The notes under the pieces: model-generated | The model's database searches: none | Seen by the model: the letters and a program-made list of their open reading frames with translations, nothing else | Told to the model about the DNA's origin: nothing | Assembly (NCBI GenBank): GCA_020629135.1 | Contig: JAHDDX010000003.1 | Location: 19,581 to 83,580, forward strand | From: Hellea sp. | GTDB taxonomy: Bacteria; Pseudomonadota; Alphaproteobacteria; Caulobacterales; Maricaulaceae | DNA length: 64,000 bases | Direction of reading: 5' to 3' | Program-made: the position numbers and the translations under genes | In this document: one piece after another, positions 20,709-28,552 of the stretch | How positions within the stretch are numbered: the first letter of the stretch is position 1 | How the letters are laid out: each line of letters begins with the position of its first letter

Positions 20709-20764
20709 TCATTTTAGAATAAGCTGATAAACCCTGTGCGAATTAACCAGATTAGAGAATCCAC

Positions 20765-21460
20765 ATGGCTTTTGTTCCTTTAAATTTTGACGCTCATAAA
20801 TCGCTCAAAGTGAATGAAATTGACGATTACAGTTTTGTTGACACCTCCCATTTATTTCCGTTGACCCTATTTGAGGTCGGGACGCTTGGCCTCGCTTTTC
20901 CTTTGATATTTGTGAAACATGCGGAAACGGGACAGTTCCAGTTTGTCGCCATGACCGGATTGGAACCTGGCAAAAATCTATTTGTAAAAGACGGTAAGTG
21001 GATCGGCGAATATGTTCCAAAAATTTTGGAATGCCGACCATTTCGATTGATGGCAGATCAAAACGATAGCGAATTAATGCATATTGGTATCGATACCGAT
21101 AGCGAGATAGTTTCCCAGAAAAAGGGTGAAGCTATTTTTTCCAAAGATGGTTCGCATACGGAATGGTTTGCCGGCAAAAAAGAGCTACTTTCTGGATATT
21201 ACGAACAGACGCTTCAAACTCAGATGTTTTGCAAGGAACTCGTTAATCTGGATTTATTGAAGGAAAACAGCCTCAGCCTGAATTCCGCTGGCACTCAAAG
21301 AGTTTTAAATTCCATATATCTGATCGATCGCGATAAGCTCGCCGGATTGTCCAATGAAGATTTCTTAGCGCTTAGGGACCGGGGTTTATTGCCTCTGATA
21401 TTTGGTCAAATTGCGTCGCTCGGTAATATCAAAAAACTGGTAGAGCGGGACTATCAATAA
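20765..21460 (+). CDS. SapC-family protein
   Basis: 231 aa with no signal peptide. The N-terminal pattern (FVPLN..H..L...F....H..PL...E......FPLIF..........VAMTGLEPGKNLFV..G.W...YVP...RPF) matches my recollection of the SapC family. Its position downstream of a TBDR is typical for that family. Confidence 0.65.
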   Translation: MAFVPLNFDAHKSLKVNEIDDYSFVDTSHLFPLTLFEVGTLGLAFPLIFVKHAETGQFQFVAMTGLEPGKNLFVKDGKWIGEYVPKILECRPFRLMADQNDSELMHIGIDTDSEIVSQKKGEAIFSKDGSHTEWFAGKKELLSGYYEQTLQTQMFCKELVNLDLLKENSLSLNSAGTQRVLNSIYLIDRDKLAGLSNEDFLALRDRGLLPLIFGQIASLGNIKKLVERDYQ

Positions 21461-21486
21461 ATAAGGTGACGGAAACCACTGCAAAC

Positions 21487-23040
21487 ATGAAGGCATCGAT
21501 AGATAGCATCATAATTGTTGGTGGCGGGACGTCCGGATGGTTGGCGGCCTCACATTTAGCCCGGGTTCTGCGCAAAGACGTAGGCTCTGGTCTTTCTATT
21601 ACCCTCATTGAATCACCCAACATACCAACCATAGGGGTCGGCGAGGGGACGGTTCCGGCCATTCGGAAGACATTGCGGGAATTTGGAATTTCAGAAGATC
21701 GGTTTATCCGCGACTGCGAAGCCACGTTTAAGCAAAGCGTGAAATTTATAGACTGGAAGAATAATCCAGAACCCGACAAACCGGACTATTATCATCATGT
21801 ATTTGACTATCCGGAGTTTAATGGGCTCGATCTGACCCCTTATTGGACCCTGGGAGTTTTGGGGCCAAAATCTTATGCCCACAGTGTGTCTTTGCAGGCG
21901 CATCTTTGTGATGCTGGGATTGGCCCAAAGCGTCCGGATCACAATGATTATGAGGGCTTTGCGAGCTATGCTTATCATTTGGATGCTGCAAAATTTGCGA
22001 ACCTCCTGGCGCAAAATGCCAAGGACAATTTAGGGGTCAAGCATATCCTGGCCGATGTCGATAGCGCTCATATAGATGATAATGGGCATATTAAATCTGT
22101 CTCCCTGTCGGGTGGTCGGCAATTAGAGGCGGACTTTTTCATCGATTGTACCGGATTTCGGTCAATGCTGCTGGGCGATGCTTTAGGCACTGGGTTCATT
22201 TCTAAGAGTGACGAATTACTGACAGATCATGCTGTGGCAATTCAGTTGCCTTATGAAGCTGAAAACACTCCAATACATTGTAACACCATAGCCGCCGCGC
22301 AATCTGCGGGTTGGATCTGGGATATTGGTCTGCAATCACGCCGGGGGTTAGGATATGTATATTCTTCCAATCATATCAGTCATGGTCGGGCTGAAGACGA
22401 ACTTCGGACTTATGTGTCAACGCTTCCCAAACATTTGATGAGAGATGTGCAACCCCGCCGGATTAAAATGCAGATTGGTTACCGGGAGCAGTTCTGGGTT
22501 GGGAATTGCGTTGGCATTGGCTTGTCGCAAGGTTTCGTAGAGCCATTGGAGGCAACGGGTCTTTTAATGTATGATGCAATGTCACGCTTTTTGGCGGATA
22601 TTTTTCCGTCTAGTCGTGAAGAAATTCCATCCGCGCAAAAGCAGTTTAATAATATTGTCCGTGCCAGTTGGGACCGCGTCATCGATTTTATTAAATTGCA
22701 TTATGTAATTACTCAAAGAGACGACACACCGTTTTGGCGCGACAACCAAAATCGGGACACAGTTTCAGATCGTCTTAATGATTGTTTGGAGCGCTGGAGT
22801 TATCGACCACCAAGTGACTATGATTTCGACAGTAAATTCGACGTCTTTAATCAGTATAACTATGCCTATGTGTTATACGGCATGGGGTATGAAACTGATC
22901 TGAATAAGAAGGCGACTAGATTTGATCATGTGCGGCAAGCGCAAAAGCAATCTAAGGATTTTGCTGAGGCAGTTCAAATTGCCGGAGGTAGTTTGTTGAA
23001 ACACAGAGATCTGATTTCTAAGATTACAGCCAGAGTGTAA
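21487..23040 (+). CDS. Flavin-dependent (tryptophan-type) halogenase family protein, paralog 1
   Basis: IIIVGGGTSGW (GxGxxG), GVGEGTVP, TFK (Lys equivalent to PrnA/RebH K79), WIWDIG (WxWxIP with Pro replaced by Gly) and GFVEPLEATG. Homology starts at MKASID (21487). The ORF is open from a GTG at 21466. Confidence 0.85.
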   Translation: MKASIDSIIIVGGGTSGWLAASHLARVLRKDVGSGLSITLIESPNIPTIGVGEGTVPAIRKTLREFGISEDRFIRDCEATFKQSVKFIDWKNNPEPDKPDYYHHVFDYPEFNGLDLTPYWTLGVLGPKSYAHSVSLQAHLCDAGIGPKRPDHNDYEGFASYAYHLDAAKFANLLAQNAKDNLGVKHILADVDSAHIDDNGHIKSVSLSGGRQLEADFFIDCTGFRSMLLGDALGTGFISKSDELLTDHAVAIQLPYEAENTPIHCNTIAAAQSAGWIWDIGLQSRRGLGYVYSSNHISHGRAEDELRTYVSTLPKHLMRDVQPRRIKMQIGYREQFWVGNCVGIGLSQGFVEPLEATGLLMYDAMSRFLADIFPSSREEIPSAQKQFNNIVRASWDRVIDFIKLHYVITQRDDTPFWRDNQNRDTVSDRLNDCLERWSYRPPSDYDFDSKFDVFNQYNYAYVLYGMGYETDLNKKATRFDHVRQAQKQSKDFAEAVQIAGGSLLKHRDLISKITARV

Positions 23041-23044
23041 CCAA

Positions 23045-24553
23045 ATGACCGATAATAAACAGCGATTAATGATTGTGGGCGGTGGATCGGCCGGCTGGAT
23101 GACGGCTGTATATCTCAATCGCGTTTTCAATCATTCCCGACAGAATTTTGAGATCACCGTCATAGAAAGCCCGGATATCGGCGTCATTGGTGTCGGGGAG
23201 TCGACCGTGCACAGTGTCCGGTTTTTCTTTGCCGGAATGGGATTGAATGAACATGAGCTGCTTAAGGCAACCAATGGCAGCTACAAGTTGGGGATCATGT
23301 TTGACAATTGGTGCAAACCGGAAAACGGTCAAATGCACCGCTATTTTCACCCGTTTGAACAAATGCAGTTGGGGGTCGAGCAGGACCTGGCCTCTCGTTG
23401 GATTTTACAAAAATCAACTGACCCCAAACGATATGACCAATGGGTGAGCGCCAGCGAAGCGGTCCTTGCGGCCGGACATGGCCCCAAGGCGGACCAATCG
23501 CCGCAATATCACGGTATCGTCCCTTATGGTTATCACATTGATGCGCTTTTACTCGGACGCTATTTGCGCGAAAAAGGTGTTGAGGCTGGCATAACTCATA
23601 TCGAAGCCACCGTGTCAGATGTCAAAGTTGAGGCTGGTCAAATCAAAGGCGTAGTGACCGATAAAGGTGATTATGATGCCGATTTCTATATTGATTGCAC
23701 CGGGTTTCGAGGCATTTTGATCGAAGCTCTCGGCAAAGATAACTGGCAGAGTTTCAAAGACGCCTTGCCGTGTGATGCAGCCGTTGCCATGCAAAGCCCA
23801 TTGCAATCGGATGAAGTCCCGAAAGCCTGTACAACAGCGACGGCGCTGGATTATGGCTGGGCTTGGAAAATTGATCTGATTAATCGGCGTGGGTTTGGCT
23901 ATGTTTATGACAGTCAATATGTTTCTTCCGATGAGGCGGAACAAGAACTTCGCAAACATGTCGGAGAAGATCGAGAGTTTACCAAAACGGTGCATATGAA
24001 ATTCCGCACCGGGTGCCGAAAGGAATTCTGGGTCGGGAATTGTATCGCAACGGGTTTAGCCGGCGGCTTTATCGAACCGCTCGAATCAACCGGTCTGCAT
24101 TTGATTAATCTGGCCGCGGGTTTAATGGCGACACATTTGACAAGCGGTGACGATATGGAGCCGTCCCGGGCTTCGTTTAACCGATTGATGAATGGCTTCT
24201 ATCAGGATTTGAAACAATTCATCGTCCTTCACTATTGTTTGTCCAACCGCGATGACACCCCGTTTTGGAAGAATGCGCCTAATACGCTGAATGAATGCGA
24301 TTGGTTGAAAAATCAGCTCGAGGTCTGGCGTCACAAAATCTGTGAGTTTCACGATTTGGCGGGCAGTTTCTCAACCACATTTTCGGACGAAAATTACCGC
24401 TATGTCCTTTATGGCATGCAGCATATTCCCGAACTATCTTTGGCGTTAAACCCGGATGACCAGAAGATATTTGAGCAAGCCCAAAAGATACGCGAAACGG
24501 CAGTGTCCCGAACGGAGCCACTTCAATCTTATTTGAAGACTTTGCAATTGTAG
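23045..24553 (+). CDS. Flavin-dependent (tryptophan-type) halogenase family protein, paralog 2
   Basis: LMIVGGGSAGW, GVGESTV, SYK (K79 equivalent), WAWKID (Pro replaced by Asp) and GFIEPLESTG. It starts 4 nt after paralog 1. Confidence 0.85.
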   Translation: MTDNKQRLMIVGGGSAGWMTAVYLNRVFNHSRQNFEITVIESPDIGVIGVGESTVHSVRFFFAGMGLNEHELLKATNGSYKLGIMFDNWCKPENGQMHRYFHPFEQMQLGVEQDLASRWILQKSTDPKRYDQWVSASEAVLAAGHGPKADQSPQYHGIVPYGYHIDALLLGRYLREKGVEAGITHIEATVSDVKVEAGQIKGVVTDKGDYDADFYIDCTGFRGILIEALGKDNWQSFKDALPCDAAVAMQSPLQSDEVPKACTTATALDYGWAWKIDLINRRGFGYVYDSQYVSSDEAEQELRKHVGEDREFTKTVHMKFRTGCRKEFWVGNCIATGLAGGFIEPLESTGLHLINLAAGLMATHLTSGDDMEPSRASFNRLMNGFYQDLKQFIVLHYCLSNRDDTPFWKNAPNTLNECDWLKNQLEVWRHKICEFHDLAGSFSTTFSDENYRYVLYGMQHIPELSLALNPDDQKIFEQAQKIRETAVSRTEPLQSYLKTLQL

Positions 24554-24555
24554 AT

Positions 24556-25686
24556 TTATAACTTGATGAAAATGCGTTTGCGGTAGAGATATAATCCGAC
24601 CGCCCAACTCACGATGACAAAAAGAATTGCATAGGACAGGGATCCCCAAAGAGGGCCGAAGACCGGACTTAGCACAGCGCTATAGATCCAGTTTTGAAGA
24701 GATAGGTCGGGGCCTCCAATCCAGTTCAAATTTATCACCTGTCCGAATAACACCGCCAGGACCCAAGCAAATACATATAGAAATAAAGGATTTGTGCCGT
24801 AAACGATGAAGGGATGAAAGGCTTTCTTGAATTGAAACTTGTCGGCAAAAATCGTAATTGCCGCCAAAGTTACAGCGGCCCAACCTGCGCTGTAGAGAAC
24901 ATATGAGCTGGTCCACAGAGATTTGTTGATTGGGAAAAACATATTCCAGGCCAGGCCGATACCGATCAACACGACGCCTGATGTCAATAGTCTTAAAATC
25001 AAACTGTTCGTCGATGTCTTATGTTTAAATGTCAGGCCAAAACAATAACCAATCAGTACGCTGGCCGTAGCACTGATCGATCCCAAAAGACCTTCAGGGT
25101 CAAACGGAAAACCGAGACCGCCATAGATGTGATTTTCGCCCAGAACCGTCCGGTCAATTGATCCGGCTATATTGGTCGAAGGATCAAAGGGAAGCGAACC
25201 TCCAAATCCCAAAAATATTCCCCAGTATAAAATCAAAATCGTAGCGATGACCGAATATATAATACGACCGCGCCAAAACAGGATTAAAAGGCCGGCCAAA
25301 GCAAAGCATATTCCGATACGTTGCAACACGCCCATTATTCTGAAATTGGCAAGATCCAGATTGTAAAACGGGAAGGCATGCAGCAGCAGGCCGACGAGAA
25401 AAATCAATGCCGCACGTTTCAAAATGGCGCGCCCAGCCAAAAGCTTTGACGTATTCTGATATTTGTCAAAAGAGAAGGACATAGAAATACCCACGGCAAT
25501 CAAAAAGAACGGGAAAATCAGGTCCGTTGGCGTGCATCCATTCCAGGTCGCGTGACGCAGGGGGGCAAGCACATGGTCCCAGCTCCCGGGATTATTAACG
25601 AGAATCATTGCTGCCACGGCGAAACCCCGAAAAATATCCAATGATACAAGACGGGTCTTTTGCGAAACAGCGGAATTCATATTCAA
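24556..25686 (-). CDS. nagX: NagX-type integral membrane protein (heparan-alpha-glucosaminide N-acetyltransferase-like, COG4299/DUF5009)
   Basis: 376 aa with about 10 TM segments. N-terminal RLVSLDIFRGFAVAAMILVNNPGSW...PLRHATWNGCTPTDLIFPFFLIAVG is typical of the family. 4-nt overlap with the upstream kinase gene. Confidence 0.72.
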   Translation of the reverse strand: MNMNSAVSQKTRLVSLDIFRGFAVAAMILVNNPGSWDHVLAPLRHATWNGCTPTDLIFPFFLIAVGISMSFSFDKYQNTSKLLAGRAILKRAALIFLVGLLLHAFPFYNLDLANFRIMGVLQRIGICFALAGLLILFWRGRIIYSVIATILILYWGIFLGFGGSLPFDPSTNIAGSIDRTVLGENHIYGGLGFPFDPEGLLGSISATASVLIGYCFGLTFKHKTSTNSLILRLLTSGVVLIGIGLAWNMFFPINKSLWTSSYVLYSAGWAAVTLAAITIFADKFQFKKAFHPFIVYGTNPLFLYVFAWVLAVLFGQVINLNWIGGPDLSLQNWIYSAVLSPVFGPLWGSLSYAILFVIVSWAVGLYLYRKRIFIKL

Positions 25687-26654
25687 CCGAACTTATCTTG
25701 AAACAAAAATCCGGCCCCGATGAGGGGGGCTTCTTGTCGCGTTAACACCTTAATCGGGACATCCTGGATATAATCTGAAAGTCTATCGCGATTATAAAAC
25801 CGGTTCATCGCTGTTTCCGCCTTAAGAAAGTCAAGCAAACGTTCGCTCACACCGCCTGCGAGAACCGCGCCGCCGCGAGCGCCATGTACCGCGGTAAGGT
25901 CACCGATCGCGCCCATTATGGCGCGGCTTCTGACGCGGCAAAGTTCTTGTGCGATTGGATCGCCGTTATGAGCGCGGGCAATTAACTCGCCCGGCTCAGC
26001 TTTCTGATAGGGAACGTCATTACGTTCACAAATGGCTTCATGCACGTCGTCCATTCCGCGTCCGGAAGCAATTAATTCTAAGGACACAAAGGCATGCTTT
26101 CGATGAAGAATATCAAATAGGGCAAATTCTTCAGGTGTCTGCGGCGGATAGGCCATATATCCACCTTCACCGCTGACAACCTCCCAGCCTTGGCGTGTCG
26201 GGAACAATATGGCTGTACCAAAACCTGTTCCAGGGCCCGCACACAAGACCGGGTGATCGGCCATCGGTTTGCCTTCGGCTATGACGGCGAAATCATCGCC
26301 CGACAAAGCTGGGATAGAGCGGGTCATGGCTCCAAAGTCATGACTGACCAAAACGTTTTCAAAATCGAATCGGGATTTCAGCTCAGATTGTGAAATCCGC
26401 CAGCCTCGACTGTGAACATGAATAGTGTCACCGGTTTTCGGTCCGGCAAAGCCAAAGCTGGCCAGTCGAGGGCGGAATTTCAGTTGAGCAATATACTGGT
26501 CCAGGAGGCCTTCAAAATTCACATTGTGGCTGTCCGAAAACTTAATGAAATCAGTAAGGTGATATGAATAGTCGTCTTTAACCGAGACGAGTCCAAAGCG
26601 CACATTCGTGCCACCAACATCGCAGACGATAATATTGTCAAAGGCGCTTTGCAT
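25683..26654 (-). CDS. Glucokinase-family (Glk/PF02685-like) sugar kinase, probable GlcNAc kinase (NagK-II type)
   Basis: 323 aa with a CDVGGTNVRFGLV phosphate-1 motif and glucokinase-like length. The GlcNAc assignment comes from locus context only. Confidence 0.72.
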   Translation of the reverse strand: MQSAFDNIIVCDVGGTNVRFGLVSVKDDYSYHLTDFIKFSDSHNVNFEGLLDQYIAQLKFRPRLASFGFAGPKTGDTIHVHSRGWRISQSELKSRFDFENVLVSHDFGAMTRSIPALSGDDFAVIAEGKPMADHPVLCAGPGTGFGTAILFPTRQGWEVVSGEGGYMAYPPQTPEEFALFDILHRKHAFVSLELIASGRGMDDVHEAICERNDVPYQKAEPGELIARAHNGDPIAQELCRVRSRAIMGAIGDLTAVHGARGGAVLAGGVSERLLDFLKAETAMNRFYNRDRLSDYIQDVPIKVLTRQEAPLIGAGFLFQDKFG

Positions 26655-26739
26655 ATTTAAACCCTGTCGTTCACTCTGTAGTTTACACTGAAAAACTTTC
26701 TACGTCTAAATACAGAAATGGTATTGAAATAGGTTATAT

Positions 26740-26757
26740 TGGTATTATAATGGTATG
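26740..26757 (+). promoter_or_regulatory. NagQ box: TGGTATT-ATAA-TGGTATG, plus an extra TGGTATT at 26719-26725
   Basis: 7-4-7 direct repeat in the divergent promoter region between the kinase/nagX operon and the SSF/acs genes. Heptamer starts are spaced 21 and 11 bp apart, which keeps them in helical phase. Confidence 0.6.
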
Positions 26758-26809
26758 TAAATATTATTCAGGCCAAAAACACATTTTCAAGCGCCGGGGG
26801 AAGTAAGTC

Positions 26810-28516
26810 ATGTCATTTTCAACATTAGATTGGGCGATCATCGCTATTGTATTATTGGGGATTGTCGGGGTTGGACTGGCGTTGAGTAATCGGGCGTCAA
26901 AAGATAGCGTGTCTTTCTTCTTGGGCGGTCGGAATATGCCATGGTGGTTACTTGGGACCTCCATGGTTGCCACCACCTTTGCTGCGGACACGCCTAACCT
27001 GGTTACTGGGCTGGTTCGTGAAAACGGGGTCGCGGGCAATTGGGGCTGGTGGGCCTTTTTAATTACCGGCATGTTGACGGCTTTTATTTATGCCAAGCTT
27101 TGGCGGCGCATGGGGGTTGTCACCGATATCGAATTCTATGAAAAACGCTATTCAGGCAAACCGGCAGCCTTTTTAAGGGGGTTTCGTGCCGTTTATATTG
27201 GCGTGTTTTTCAACGTCATGGTTATGGCTAATGTTACGCTGGCTTTGATCAAATACAGCAATGTTCTGTTCGGGATTTCGCCGGAAGTGATCGTCATGAT
27301 GGCGGGCGTTGTTGTCGTGATCCTCAGCTTTGCGGGTGGGTTGATCGGCGTTCTTGTAACGGATTTCTTCCTGTTTATTTTGTCGATGATCGGCGCTGTC
27401 GCGATCGCGATCATCGCGATTAATCTCCCGGATGTTGGCGGATTACAGGCTATGTTGGAGTCGCCGGCCCTTGAAGGTAAAACGTCCTTTTTCCCGGATT
27501 TTTCAGATCCTAATCAATATGTACCCATTTTTATGATCCCGCTTTTGATTCAATGGTGGAGTGCCTGGTATCCCGGGTCTGAGCCGGGCGGCGGCGGCCA
27601 TATTGCCCAGCGCATGTTGGCGGCTAAAGACGAAAACCATGCGACCGGGGCGGCTGTCTTCTTTAACTTTGCACACTATGCCTTACGTCCCTGGCCGTGG
27701 ATTTTAGTGGCATTCGCGTCGTTGATTGTTTTCCCTAGCTTTGAGAGCATCAAAACGGCTTTGCCACACGTGGATGAAAGTCTGATCGATCATGATATGG
27801 CTTATCCTGCGATGATGACCTTCTTGCCAAAGGGCTTGTTGGGCATAGCGGTGGCCTCAATCTTCGCTGCCTATGTGTCGACGATGTCGACCTTGCTCAA
27901 TCTGGGATCGTCTTATGTGGTCAATGACGTTTATGCCCGATTTGTGAAAACCGACGCGTCGGAAAAAGATAAGGTGCGCATGGGCCGGATCATGACGATC
28001 GTAATCATGGTGGCTACTGGGTTGCTGGCCTTGGTTCTGCAAAGCGCGACCCAGGCCTTCCATTTATTGCTCGCAGTAGGGGCGGGAACCGGCCTTCTTT
28101 TCTTCCTGCGTTGGTTCTGGTTGCGCATTAACGCCTGGAGCGAAATCAGCGCGATGATTTTATCGGTTTTGGTTGCGGGATATTTCGAGTTTTTCGGCCC
28201 GGAATCACTGGAAACTTGGGAGAAGTTCACTCTGGGCGTCTTGGTCACGACTTTGGGCTGGGTCATTGTTACATTACTTACTCCAAAGACAGAAGCTTCT
28301 AAACTGGAGAGCTTCAAGGCCTCGATTAAAGGCGCTGATACGAAATCAATCCGTCCTGGTCTTTTTGCGGCGGTGTTGGCGAGTTTGGCTGTCTATGGTC
28401 TGTTATTTGCGACCGGTAGCGTGATTTATGCTGAATTTACGATGGCGGCTGTTTACGGAGGCGTGGCAATTATTTGCGGGCTTCTTTGTAGAAAAATATA
28501 TCAGGCTGTCTTATAG
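26810..28516 (+). CDS. Sodium:solute symporter family (SSF) transporter
   Basis: 568 aa with about 13-14 TM segments. N-terminal FFLGGRNMPWWLLGTSMVATTFAADTP is typical of SSF. GGGGGAAG RBS. Confidence 0.85.
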   Translation: MSFSTLDWAIIAIVLLGIVGVGLALSNRASKDSVSFFLGGRNMPWWLLGTSMVATTFAADTPNLVTGLVRENGVAGNWGWWAFLITGMLTAFIYAKLWRRMGVVTDIEFYEKRYSGKPAAFLRGFRAVYIGVFFNVMVMANVTLALIKYSNVLFGISPEVIVMMAGVVVVILSFAGGLIGVLVTDFFLFILSMIGAVAIAIIAINLPDVGGLQAMLESPALEGKTSFFPDFSDPNQYVPIFMIPLLIQWWSAWYPGSEPGGGGHIAQRMLAAKDENHATGAAVFFNFAHYALRPWPWILVAFASLIVFPSFESIKTALPHVDESLIDHDMAYPAMMTFLPKGLLGIAVASIFAAYVSTMSTLLNLGSSYVVNDVYARFVKTDASEKDKVRMGRIMTIVIMVATGLLALVLQSATQAFHLLLAVGAGTGLLFFLRWFWLRINAWSEISAMILSVLVAGYFEFFGPESLETWEKFTLGVLVTTLGWVIVTLLTPKTEASKLESFKASIKGADTKSIRPGLFAAVLASLAVYGLLFATGSVIYAEFTMAAVYGGVAIICGLLCRKIYQAVL

Positions 28517-28552
28517 CTCCCCGATCACCAAGCGACGTATAAGGATATAAGA

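Noticed and set aside
23279-23305. Apparent loss of the catalytic lysine in halogenase paralog 2 (GIMFDNW versus AIKFxNW in PrnA/RebH), which would have made it a pseudo-enzyme.
   Set aside because: Counting residues in the recalled PrnA and RebH sequences places K79 at the earlier (F/Y)K position. That lysine is conserved in both paralogs (TFK, SYK). The Met replaces K83, which is not the chloramine-forming lysine.
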